From a virus (Duplodnaviria; Caudoviricetes), in the IMG/VR virus record IMGVR_UViG_3300048598_000507, positions 1-37,057 of that record: 37,057 nucleotides of DNA, one strand, 5' to 3'. Below are positions 26,293 through 34,731 of the stretch, one piece after another. Positions within the stretch are counted from its first letter, which is position 1, and every line of letters begins with the position of its first letter. The position numbers and the translations under genes are program-made. The notes below the pieces were generated by a model, which worked only from the letters and a program-made list of their open reading frames with translations, was not told where the DNA came from and made no database searches.

Positions 26293-26462
26293 CAGCCGGC
26301 CTTCGCCTCGCTCTCGGCGGGCTTCTCAGCGGCCTTCTGCTTGCGCGCCGGCTTCTCGCCGGCCGCGGCCGCCGGCGCCTCCGCCGGCTCGAGGTCGGGG
26401 CGCTCGCGGTCGAAGTACATCGGCACGCCGCCGGTGCGCGGGATCTCGTACCAGGGGGCCAT
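26292..26462 (-). CDS. 56-aa hypothetical protein (absent from the ORF track)
   Basis: MAPWYEIPRTGGVPMYFDRERPDLEP...; fills the gap and its stop overlaps the next start. Confidence 0.6.
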   Translation of the reverse strand: MAPWYEIPRTGGVPMYFDRERPDLEPAEAPAAAAGEKPARKQKAAEKPAESEAKAG

Positions 26463-26465
26463 GCG

Positions 26466-26774
26466 TCAGTCCCCCTGGCCGTCGTCGTCGCCCGCCGGCT
26501 TCTCGTCGCCGTCCTCGAGCCCGCTCGCGACGTCCCCGGAGTCGCCCGCGTCCGAGCCTTCGCCGCCTGCCGGCTTCTCGTCGCCCGTGGGCACCTTCGG
26601 CTTCTCGTCGCCGGAGGGCTCCGTCGGCGCCTTGCGCGTGGTCTTCGTGCCGCGCACCAACTCCAGGTAGCCACACTCGATCTGGTTGCGGATCGCTGGC
26701 GAGTCGTCGACTTCCCACACGGCGCCGCCGCCGCCCCTGACGATCAGGGTGTCGGTCTTCTTGGCCTTGGCCAT
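26466..26774 (-). CDS. Capsid-associated small protein with an acidic low-complexity tail
   Basis: AAGGAGG RBS; GDEKP repeated three times. Confidence 0.7.
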   Translation of the reverse strand: MAKAKKTDTLIVRGGGGAVWEVDDSPAIRNQIECGYLELVRGTKTTRKAPTEPSGDEKPKVPTGDEKPAGGEGSDAGDSGDVASGLEDGDEKPAGDDDGQGD

Positions 26775-26857
26775 CGCTCTCCTCCTTGAAGGAGAGCCGA
26801 GGCGAGGGACCCATCGGCGCCCCGCCCCGGCTCGTCACTGCTCGTCCGGTGGTGGGG

Positions 26858-27700
26858 TTAGCTGACGGCGGTCTTGCTCGCCTTGAGGACGGCGAGAGCC
26901 TTGGGCTCGACCACCTTGGCGCCGTAGAGGTGCAGCCCGCGGACCAGGTCCGCGAAGCGCTTCTCCATGCGCATGGCCTCGGTCTCGTTGATCTGGTCCG
27001 CGAAGGTGATCGCGTCCTCAGTCATGGCCGTGACCGCGTAGTCGTCGCCGGTGATGACCTTCACGTTGTTGCTCTTGTGGAGCATGAAGCCGGCGATCTC
27101 GCCGATCTTGCCGCTCTGGATCGCGGCGTTCGCGGCCTGGAAGGCAGCGTTGGTCGCGTACTTGCTCGTGACCAGGAGGCCGAAGAACCAGGGCGGAGCG
27201 ACGGCGTTGCGGCCCTCGTCGGGGACGTTCGCCTGGTCGAGGAGCACGCCCAGGTTGATGAGCTGCTCATAGGCCGTGTCGCCCGAGTTGATGTGCACTG
27301 TGTTGATGACGTTGCCGGAGTCGGCGCCGGTGTAGAGGCCGGCGACGTACTGGTCGGCCGCATCCTTCATCTTGTAGGCCGCGCGCTGCATGCCCTTGGT
27401 CAGCATGTTGCCGGCCGCCTGGCGCTTGTCGCAGTCGTCGACCTTGAAGGCGAAGTACTTACACTGGTTGATCAGCAGGGTCTGATCCGTGGTGGACAGA
27501 TCCTCGACGGTGATGTCCTCGTCACCGTCGTAGTCGTCCACGGTCGGCTCGCCGATGCTGTTGATGTGCACCGTGTCGCCGGACTGGGCGATGTCGCCCT
27601 CGTAGTCCCGGTTGCAGAGCGAGCCGAAGACGAGGTTCTTCTCGTAGGCGGCCCGGAGCTCCTGACTCCAGACCTCAGGAATGAACGTGTCGACGCTCAT
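26858..27700 (-). CDS. Major capsid protein (HK97 fold, P22 coat-like family)
   Basis: FIPEVWS, NRDYEGDI..GDTVHI, VRGLHLYGAKVV. Confidence 0.93.
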   Translation of the reverse strand: MSVDTFIPEVWSQELRAAYEKNLVFGSLCNRDYEGDIAQSGDTVHINSIGEPTVDDYDGDEDITVEDLSTTDQTLLINQCKYFAFKVDDCDKRQAAGNMLTKGMQRAAYKMKDAADQYVAGLYTGADSGNVINTVHINSGDTAYEQLINLGVLLDQANVPDEGRNAVAPPWFFGLLVTSKYATNAAFQAANAAIQSGKIGEIAGFMLHKSNNVKVITGDDYAVTAMTEDAITFADQINETEAMRMEKRFADLVRGLHLYGAKVVEPKALAVLKASKTAVS

Positions 27701-27704
27701 AGAT

Positions 27705-27826
27705 GAGCCTCCCACCTCAGATGTGAACGGTCCCGCTTTGAGCCCGTCGGCTGCCTCTGGGTGGGAGGCTCTTGCCCCTGGCCGGATCGACCCCGTTTAG
27801 AGCCCGTCGGCTGCCCCCGTGGGGGC
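27705..27826 (-). promoter_or_regulatory. Structured capsid leader: anti-SD stem plus a duplicated 16-bp motif
   Basis: 12-bp perfect inverted repeat 27705-27716/27760-27771 covering the RBS; direct repeat 27740-27755/27800-27815. Confidence 0.7.
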
Positions 27827-27890
27827 GTCATGCTGCTGCGACTCTAGGGCGCGATCACTGGGGAGGCGCGGCCATTTGCCGCGACTCGGC

Positions 27891-28595
27891 TCAGGCCTTG
27901 TAGCGGCCCTCGCGCATCGCGGCCATGATCTCGTCGCGGTGCTCGGCGTACTCCTTCGGGCTCATGGCCTTGACCTCGTCGGAGGTGAAGGTGCGCTTGC
28001 CCGCCCCGCCGCCGAAGTCGCCGCCATTGCGGTCGGCCGACGACGAGCCGAACAGCTCCGGGATCTCGCCCTTGAGCTTCTCGACGGCCTTGCCGATCGC
28101 CTTGGCGTCGACCTTGCCCTCGTCCACCGTGACGCCCTCGAGGTCGAGCAGGCGGATCGCCTTCTCGAGCCGTTCGGCCGACACGCCGGCGGCGAGCGCC
28201 GCGACCTCGGCCTTGGACTGGATGAGGATGCGGTCGCGCTCGGACACGGCGTCGCTGGCGGTCTTCTCGGCGTCGGCTTTCTCGGCCTTCACGCGCTCGA
28301 GCTCGTCCATCTGCTCGCGGTCGCGCTGCTGCTTGGCTTCGGCGAGCGCCTGATCCTTTGCCGTCTTCTTGGCACGCTCGACGCGGTCAGCCACAACCGC
28401 GTCGATGTGCGCCTGCTGCTCGGGGGTGAAGGTCACCTTGCCGGCGTCGCCGCCGCCCTTGTCGTCTCCGCCGCCACCCTTGTCGTCTCCGCCCTGCGGG
28501 TTCGGCTTGTTCGCGTCGTCGTCCGTGCCACCGGCGCCGCCGTCCGCACCTCCGGTGGCGTCGGGCTTGCAGAGCAAGAATCGTCTTCCGATCAT
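27891..28595 (-). CDS. Capsid scaffolding protein
   Basis: Gly/Asp-rich N-terminus, TFTPEQ..., coiled coil, PELFG; AAGGAGG RBS. Confidence 0.85.
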   Translation of the reverse strand: MIGRRFLLCKPDATGGADGGAGGTDDDANKPNPQGGDDKGGGGDDKGGGDAGKVTFTPEQQAHIDAVVADRVERAKKTAKDQALAEAKQQRDREQMDELERVKAEKADAEKTASDAVSERDRILIQSKAEVAALAAGVSAERLEKAIRLLDLEGVTVDEGKVDAKAIGKAVEKLKGEIPELFGSSSADRNGGDFGGGAGKRTFTSDEVKAMSPKEYAEHRDEIMAAMREGRYKA

Positions 28596-28611
28596 GGTCC
28601 CTCCTTGGGGG

Positions 28612-29673
28612 TCAGATAGCCTTGCCGATCTGTTCGCGGTAGTAGAGCCGCGGCAGACCGTTGGTCGAGACGTGTTCGCGCAGGCGCGCCTGCCACTCGC
28701 GCGCCTTGGCGCCCGCGGCCGCCTGTGCTTGGTCGTCGAGCGCCGCCGCGGCGCGCATCTTGTACTGGCGCACGCCGCGCTCGAGGTAGCGCTGCTGCTG
28801 GAGCGCCGCGTAGCGCTCCGGGTCGGAGCGGACCACGGTCTGCTCCGCGGTGAGGCCGGGCACGTAGGGGTCGGCTTGGTGGCCGCAGTTCGGACCGAAG
28901 AGGTGGCCGGTCGTGGCTTCGTCCAGCGTCGGGTAGCCCGCAGTCGCGCCGTCGATCGAGACGACCTCGCCCTCCCAGGCGGCGCAGTCCTCGCAGCCGG
29001 CCGAGTTGCCGCTGATGATCGCGAGGTCGTGGCCACGAGCGCGCATCGCGTCGAGCTTGCCGGCCCGCCCGGCGCTGATGACCGCCGTGCGGCAGGCCAT
29101 CTCTGCGTAGCTCGCGAGGTTCCAGCTCTTGCCGGCCGCGTCGATGAAGCCGGTGATGCCGCGGCCTGCGAACATGTCGAGCGCCGCCTGCGCGGCCTGC
29201 CTGCGCGTCATCCGGCCGAGGAGGCCCTCGGTCGTCGCCCTCGCGATCACCTGACGGTAGACGTCGTCGGTCGCCCTGAGGATGCGCGTCTCGGTGGCCG
29301 CCAGCCGCGCCGTGAGGTCGCTGGCGAGCGCCGCGAGCGCGCGGCGAGAGGCGACGCCGGCGGCGGCCTCGCTGGCGATCGCGCGCGTGACGCCGGCGGC
29401 GGCCAGCATCTGCGCTGCTTCCTTGCCCGAGGCACCGTAGACCTCCTGAAGCACAGAGGCGACCTCGGTGCTCATCGTGCTGCGCAGCGCACGCACCACG
29501 GCCCGAACCTCACCTCGCATCTTCGTCTGGTCGAGAACCCGAAGGCGCGCCCAGTCGTCGCCGTCGAGGTCCCGCCTGAGGTACTTGGCAAGGATGACGA
29601 CGACGTCGGTCTCAGCGTCTCGGTAGCGCTCGGAGATGCGCCGAGCGAAGGCCTGTAGCTGCTCGGGGGTCAG
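28612..29673 (-). CDS. Minor capsid / head morphogenesis protein (Phage_min_cap2-like)
   Basis: GITGFIDAAGKSW, YAEM, C..WEG, LFGPNCGH, QQRYLERGVR; start uncertain (CTG 29673 or ATG 29751). Confidence 0.85.
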   Translation of the reverse strand: MTPEQLQAFARRISERYRDAETDVVVILAKYLRRDLDGDDWARLRVLDQTKMRGEVRAVVRALRSTMSTEVASVLQEVYGASGKEAAQMLAAAGVTRAIASEAAAGVASRRALAALASDLTARLAATETRILRATDDVYRQVIARATTEGLLGRMTRRQAAQAALDMFAGRGITGFIDAAGKSWNLASYAEMACRTAVISAGRAGKLDAMRARGHDLAIISGNSAGCEDCAAWEGEVVSIDGATAGYPTLDEATTGHLFGPNCGHQADPYVPGLTAEQTVVRSDPERYAALQQQRYLERGVRQYKMRAAAALDDQAQAAAGAKAREWQARLREHVSTNGLPRLYYREQIGKAI

Positions 29674-31133
29674 AACGCCGGCTCCGGGACATTGGTGCCA
29701 CGCTCGTCGAGGATCCGCGCGACCTCGGCCTGGACCTGCTTGTCCTCCCACTCGGGATGGACCATGCGCACGCCGGTCTCGATCGAGACGGCCTCGGCCG
29801 AGTGCAGAGCGACCAGCGTCTCGGCCGTCTCCTGCGGGGTCGCCGTCTCCTCAGGCCAGGTGACCGCGGGGCGCTCCGGCGTGAGCGCGCGCCCGAACAC
29901 CGCCTTCTCGATGATCAGCAGGATCTCGCAGGCCTCGGCGGTCCCCGGCGCCCAGTAGCGCTGCTTGCGCGCCATCGTCTTGAAGGTGCGCGCCTCGCGC
30001 AGACGGAGCGCGGTGCCGCTCTCCGCGCGGCCCTCGATCCGGAGGCCGAAGCTCTGCGGCGAGTAGCCTGACTCGGAGACGATGCGCTCGACAAGGTGCA
30101 GCGCCGTGTCTGAGTAGCTTGCGACCTTAAGGTTGAACTCGACCGGCGTGATCGCGCTCGCGCCCATCTCGGCGGCGTCGAGCTCGAGCTCGGTGAACAC
30201 CTCGCGGTCGGCGTCGAAGGTGCGCCCGGATCCGCGGCCGGTGCCGCCCGCCTCAAGCGCCCCGTTCGGCACGACCACGTAGCTCTTGCAGACGCGGATC
30301 TCGCGCATCCAAGCGGTGTAGGTCTCGTCGAGCGCATCGAGCAGCGTCTCGCAGCCCTCGACGTCGGCGCGGCCCTGGGGCGAGGTCGGCCGGCGCTTGT
30401 CGGGGAGCACGTTCGGCACGTAGACGACGTCGAGGCGCCGCGCGAGCGGTTCCGGCAGCGCGACGACCTCCTCGAGGCCGGCGGTCTCCTCCGAGGCCTC
30501 GAGGCTCACCGGGTGGCCGAGGAGGTTCTTCTCGCCGCGGTAGAGCCCGTGCAGGACGACGCCCGGCTCGTGGCGCTCGAGGTGGCGGTACACGACGCCG
30601 CTCTGCCCGTCGCCGGCGTCGACCTCGCGCCAGAAGGTGACCGCGGTGAGCCGCCCGTAGCGGAACTCAGGCACCGCGTGATCGGGGAGCATGGTCGTGA
30701 GGAACGCAGCGTCGGCGACCGCCTTGTCCCAGGTGGCGCGCAGGTAGGCGCCGCCGAGGGCGCTGCAGGTCTCGGCCGCCTCGAGGAGCTTGTTCTGCAG
30801 CGAGGTCACACCGCGCAGCTCGTCGAGCCGCTTGCCCGCTTCCTTGTCTGCGACCGTGAGGTCGAAGGCGTCGCCGAACAGTAGGTCAGCGGAGACGCTC
30901 GCGACCTCACCGGCGAGCGGCAGGTGCAGGCCGGGCTTGGGCTTGCCTCCGCGCACCGGCTCCCGGCTCTTCCAGAAGAACAGCCGCGCCAGCGGGTTCT
31001 TGCCGCCCTTGGGAGCAGCGTCGGCCATGAGCCGCTTGGGGTCGCCGGAGTACCAGGCGCCCCAGGTGGCGAGGTCGTCGGCGTTCTCCACCCGTGGCGG
31101 CCACTTCAGCTTCGAGTTGGTGGGCAGGCTCAT
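29670..31133 (-). CDS. Portal protein (SPP1/A118-like)
   Basis: SADLLF, LDALDETYT, GYSPQSFG; follows TerL. Confidence 0.92.
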   Translation of the reverse strand: MSLPTNSKLKWPPRVENADDLATWGAWYSGDPKRLMADAAPKGGKNPLARLFFWKSREPVRGGKPKPGLHLPLAGEVASVSADLLFGDAFDLTVADKEAGKRLDELRGVTSLQNKLLEAAETCSALGGAYLRATWDKAVADAAFLTTMLPDHAVPEFRYGRLTAVTFWREVDAGDGQSGVVYRHLERHEPGVVLHGLYRGEKNLLGHPVSLEASEETAGLEEVVALPEPLARRLDVVYVPNVLPDKRRPTSPQGRADVEGCETLLDALDETYTAWMREIRVCKSYVVVPNGALEAGGTGRGSGRTFDADREVFTELELDAAEMGASAITPVEFNLKVASYSDTALHLVERIVSESGYSPQSFGLRIEGRAESGTALRLREARTFKTMARKQRYWAPGTAEACEILLIIEKAVFGRALTPERPAVTWPEETATPQETAETLVALHSAEAVSIETGVRMVHPEWEDKQVQAEVARILDERGTNVPEPAF

Positions 31134-32440
31134 GCGGCCTCCTCTCTCTTGGCGGGCAGACGCAGCCAGCGCCGCCAGGTTGTGCGGTAAGACCGCACGC
31201 CGTAGCGGCAGGCGTCCGGTCCGTGGTCGGCTGCCTTGAGCGGCTCGTCCTCGCCGCGCTCGGTCGCCTTCGGATCCCAGACGTAGCCGGAGTGCTCGGC
31301 GATCGTCTCGGCGCAGGACTCGTGGAAGGCGAGGAGGCCGCCGGCGAGCAGGCTCGCCTCCTCGCGGATGCCGTCCTCGACGGCGTTGCTTGCCGGGTGC
31401 GTGACCTGGCCGAAGTGCGACTTCCAGGCGGCCCGGAACGAGGCGGCCGACGGGTCGACGACGACGCGCCCGATCGGCACCGGTAGTCCGGGCAGGTAGC
31501 CGCCGCAGCCGGTCGCGATCCAGTTGCCGACCTCGCGCGCGTACTCGGCGTCCGTCAACTGGCGGTGCTTCTTCCTCGAGTCCCAGCGCCACTCGCGCGC
31601 CACGTAGAGCCGTGGCTCGGCCGAGACGCCCATGAGGAGGGCGACGAACGGGTTGGTGGTGCCGTAGTCGATCGCGAGCCGCAGGTCGTGCAGCTCGGGC
31701 AGCTCGGTGACGATGTGCCGGCCGCCGGCGGTCACGTCCAGCATGTCGTAGATGGCGCCTTCGGCGGCCACCCACTCGCCGAGCACGAAGCGTCGGCGCC
31801 AGAGCCCCGTGTTCTCGCGTTCAAGCGCTGCGATGAACTCAGGCGAGAGCGTCTCGTTGTCGGCCAGCCGAAAGGAGAAGCGAGCCAGGTCGAGCGCCTG
31901 CTCGTCACCGAGGATCATCTCGCCGTCGCCGCGGATCCAGACCGCCGGCCGGTCGAGGTAATCGCGCTTCAACCAGTGCGTCGGCGAATCGGGGTTGGTC
32001 GTCGCGAAGAGCCGCGCCCCGGTGACCGAGAGGCGGCTGAGCAGCATGCGCCAGAATGACTCGGGCAGGATGGAGGCCTCGTCAACGTAGGTTCCGGCGA
32101 GCGTCTTGCCGCGGATCTTCTCCTCGGCGCGCTCGTCGTTGGCCCCCACGACGTAGATGACGCGGCCGCAGAGCTCAAGCTCGCCGCGGCCCTGTACGTA
32201 GTGGCAGCGCTTCGGCCCGAGCATCTCCGTCAGCTGGTCGATGACGTTGTGCTTCGCCGTGCGTTCGGTCTTGCCGACCAGGGCGAGCGGTCCCTCGGGC
32301 CCGTCGATCACGTGGCGCAGCCAGGGCACGAAGCTGGAGAAGGTCTTACCGGAGCGGACAGACCCCTCCCAGATGTTGAGGCGCCGGGTCGCGGACTTCA
32401 CGGCCGCACGCTGCTTGGCGGAGAGCTTCTGGACCTGCAT
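31130..32440 (-). CDS. terL: Terminase large subunit (PBSX-like)
   Basis: Walker A GSVRSGKT, Walker B YVDE, TTNPDSP, DYGTTNP, DHGPDA. Confidence 0.95.
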   Translation of the reverse strand: MQVQKLSAKQRAAVKSATRRLNIWEGSVRSGKTFSSFVPWLRHVIDGPEGPLALVGKTERTAKHNVIDQLTEMLGPKRCHYVQGRGELELCGRVIYVVGANDERAEEKIRGKTLAGTYVDEASILPESFWRMLLSRLSVTGARLFATTNPDSPTHWLKRDYLDRPAVWIRGDGEMILGDEQALDLARFSFRLADNETLSPEFIAALERENTGLWRRRFVLGEWVAAEGAIYDMLDVTAGGRHIVTELPELHDLRLAIDYGTTNPFVALLMGVSAEPRLYVAREWRWDSRKKHRQLTDAEYAREVGNWIATGCGGYLPGLPVPIGRVVVDPSAASFRAAWKSHFGQVTHPASNAVEDGIREEASLLAGGLLAFHESCAETIAEHSGYVWDPKATERGEDEPLKAADHGPDACRYGVRSYRTTWRRWLRLPAKREEAA

Positions 32441-32820
32441 CAGCTCTCACCCTCGAGAGCGTCGAGGAAGCGGCGCACCTCGTCGCGGTCGTCGACCCTC
32501 GAGGCCCTCAGGTTCAGGAGCTCGATGCGCTCACGCTCGGCCATGAGCGCGGTGCGACTGTCGTTGCGCGCGAGTGCTTTCGCGTAGAGCGAGTCGAGGC
32601 GTGCGATCGCCTTGCCGAGTTCGGCGCCGCGGCGCACCTTGGACTCCTCCTCGAAGCGCTCCTTGGCGAGGGCGATGTAGGTGTCGATGCTGCGCGGCGA
32701 GACGTCCCAGCCGTGCTTGTCGCGGGCCAGCTTCACGATCTGCTCGCGGCGCAGGCCGCTGAGGAGCATCGCGTAGACCTCGTTCACGCGGGCCGTGACG
32801 GTGGCGCTCCTGCGTCTCAC
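32440..32820 (-). CDS. terS: Putative terminase small subunit
   Basis: HTH-like N-terminus plus helices, directly upstream of TerL; GTGA overlap. Confidence 0.7.
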   Translation of the reverse strand: MRRRSATVTARVNEVYAMLLSGLRREQIVKLARDKHGWDVSPRSIDTYIALAKERFEEESKVRRGAELGKAIARLDSLYAKALARNDSRTALMAERERIELLNLRASRVDDRDEVRRFLDALEGES

Positions 32821-34118
32821 CCACAGCGCTCCTCGGCGAGTTCGGCGTGGCTGCGCCCGTCTCCCTCGAGCGTCGCCTGCTTGCCGGAGAACCGCTCCCA
32901 GCGCTGCACGGCCACGTCGACGAACGCCGGCGAGAGCTCGATCGCGTGGCAGCGGCGACCGGTCTCCTCCGCCGCAATCAGCGCCGTGCCGGAGCCGGAG
33001 AAGGGCTCGTAGATGAGCTGGCCGGGCTTCGTGTGGTGGTCGATGCAGCGACGGATCAGCTCCACCGGCTTCATCGTCGGGTGGACGGCGCCGGGGTTGT
33101 CCTCGATCGCGCTGCCGACCTCCCAGGTGGCGGTCGCGCCAGCAGGCGGGCGCATGCTCGGCATGTGGCCCTGGACCCAGCCGTACATGAACGGCTCGTA
33201 GTCCCAGAGGTAGTGCGCGTGGGTGAGGATGCCGCGGCTCTTCTTCCAGATCATCAGCTGGTGCGGCAGGAGGCCGGCCTCGCGCCAGGCTGCGAAGACG
33301 ATGTCGGCGCGCATGCCGGCGAACCACTGGTAGACGGCCGGGTTATCGGTGAGCGCCTCCTGCCTGGCCGCCATGATGAAGTCGCGGTAGAAGGTGATGC
33401 CCGACTCGTGGTCCTGGTACTTGTCCCACTCGCTGGCCAGGCCGGCCGGCTGGGCATGCACGCCGCCCTTGGTGGTGAGGTGGTTCGAGCCGTCGTAGTC
33501 GACGAGGTAGGGCGGATCGGTGGCCATGAGCACGGCGCGATCGCCGGCCATCAGGTGCGCGACGTCAGCGGCGTCGGTCGAGTCGCCACAGAGAATGCGG
33601 TGGTCTCCGAGCAGCCAGAGATCGCCGATGCGTGACACAGGCTCGTCCGGTGGTGCCGGCGCCTCATCGGCGTCGACGTTGCCCACCGTAGGCTCCGCCA
33701 GGATCGCGGCCAGCTCATCCTCGTCGAAGCCGGTGGTCGCCAGGTCGAGATCAAGCCCAAGCAGCTCCTCGATCTCGACGGCGAGCAGCTCGTCGTCCCA
33801 GGTGGTCTCCTGGGCCGTGCGGTTGTCTGCGAGCCGCAGCGCCTTCACCTTCGCCGGCGAAAGGTCGGCGCAGACGATGACGGGCACCTGCTCGAGAGCG
33901 AGCCGCGTCGCGGCCGCGAGGCGCGTGTGCCCTGCAATGATGACGCCCTCACCGTCGACCAGGATCGGGTTCTTGAAGCCGAACTCCTGGATGCTGCCCG
34001 CGACCTTGACGATCGCCTGCTCGGGACACACGCGGGCGTTGCGGGCGTAGGGGATGGGGCGACTGATCAGCCACCACTCGACGTGGAGGCGCGCAGTATC
34101 GGGGGTCGCGTCAGACAT
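32817..34118 (-). CDS. ParB-domain-fused N6A/N4C DNA methyltransferase
   Basis: PYARNAR, IIAGHTR, LADNR; DPPY, HPTMKP, EPFSGSGT. Confidence 0.93.
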   Translation of the reverse strand: MSDATPDTARLHVEWWLISRPIPYARNARVCPEQAIVKVAGSIQEFGFKNPILVDGEGVIIAGHTRLAAATRLALEQVPVIVCADLSPAKVKALRLADNRTAQETTWDDELLAVEIEELLGLDLDLATTGFDEDELAAILAEPTVGNVDADEAPAPPDEPVSRIGDLWLLGDHRILCGDSTDAADVAHLMAGDRAVLMATDPPYLVDYDGSNHLTTKGGVHAQPAGLASEWDKYQDHESGITFYRDFIMAARQEALTDNPAVYQWFAGMRADIVFAAWREAGLLPHQLMIWKKSRGILTHAHYLWDYEPFMYGWVQGHMPSMRPPAGATATWEVGSAIEDNPGAVHPTMKPVELIRRCIDHHTKPGQLIYEPFSGSGTALIAAEETGRRCHAIELSPAFVDVAVQRWERFSGKQATLEGDGRSHAELAEERCG

Positions 34119-34124
34119 CGCCCG

Positions 34125-34502
34125 TCAGGATGACCGACGACCCCGGCGCCGGGCGCGGCCATTTCGGACCGCACGCTGGCCGCGGTACTCGTAGGTGCCG
34201 TCGTGGCGGCCGATGATGCGGTGGCCGTGGCGACGGAAGCGGCGCACATGCACCTGGACGCAGCGCCAGGCGATCAGGCCGTAGGGCTCGACGCCCAGCT
34301 CGCGGTAGACGTTGACCGGTCGGCGCCGGTTCGACTTCAGAAGCTCGAGGAGGCGGCTGGCGAAGGTCGGGTCGTGGCGGGGGTCACAGGCGCAGCGGGC
34401 CCGCTGGCAGGTGCTGCAGAAGAGGTCGAAGCCGTGATCGTGGGCGAGGGGGGTGCCGCAGTCGCGGCAGCGGTGGTCGGTCTGTGAGGCGGTCTGGTGC
34501 AC
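34125..34502 (-). CDS. Zn-ribbon plus winged-HTH-like protein, probably translated from a leaderless mRNA
   Basis: CRDC...CSTC, RRHG...TY; GTG lies 6 nt after a TACGCT -10 and has no SD. Confidence 0.7.
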   Translation of the reverse strand: MHQTASQTDHRCRDCGTPLAHDHGFDLFCSTCQRARCACDPRHDPTFASRLLELLKSNRRRPVNVYRELGVEPYGLIAWRCVQVHVRRFRRHGHRIIGRHDGTYEYRGQRAVRNGRARRRGRRSS

Positions 34503-34508
34503 GGCGCC

Positions 34509-34550
34509 AGCGTAGGGCGCCGCCGCTGTGAGACCTGAATAATCTTGACC
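34509..34550 (-). promoter_or_regulatory. Conserved phage promoter motif, copy 2 (head of the late operon)
   Basis: GGTCAAGATTATTCAG-N20-TACGCT. Confidence 0.75.
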
Positions 34551-34731
34551 AGCTCTCCGGGCCTAGTCTGCCGGCTTCTAAGGGAATCGCCGACGTCTGC
34601 CGAACCATGTCCGTGAGGGGCAGGGGAGCCCCCTCTCAGGGGTCTGATCAACAACGAGGCTCCTCGCACGATGCCCGCAGTGGTATGGTTGCGGTCAAGA
34701 GCAGGTGTACGGACGGGCACTGGGGAGGGGA

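Noticed and set aside
27732-27815. Repeat pair as a mini-CRISPR array or att core
   Set aside because: Only two 16-bp copies, no cas operon (the PD-(D/E)XK gene is the Bet-associated exonuclease), and the site is internal to the head operon
27841-27882. Third copy of the late promoter motif upstream of the capsid leader
   Set aside because: A TAGAGT -10-like hexamer is present, but the upstream sequence (GCGGCAAATGG) matches the motif too weakly
28440-28495. Tandem repeat encoding GGDDKGG twice in the scaffold gene, and GDEKP repeats at 26466..26774
   Set aside because: Ordinary low-complexity linker expansions in head proteins
10177-34550. The 13-16-bp repeat as attL/attR of a nested element
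   Set aside because: Excision would remove the virion genes but leave the integrase behind; the conserved N20 spacing to a -10 fits a promoter better
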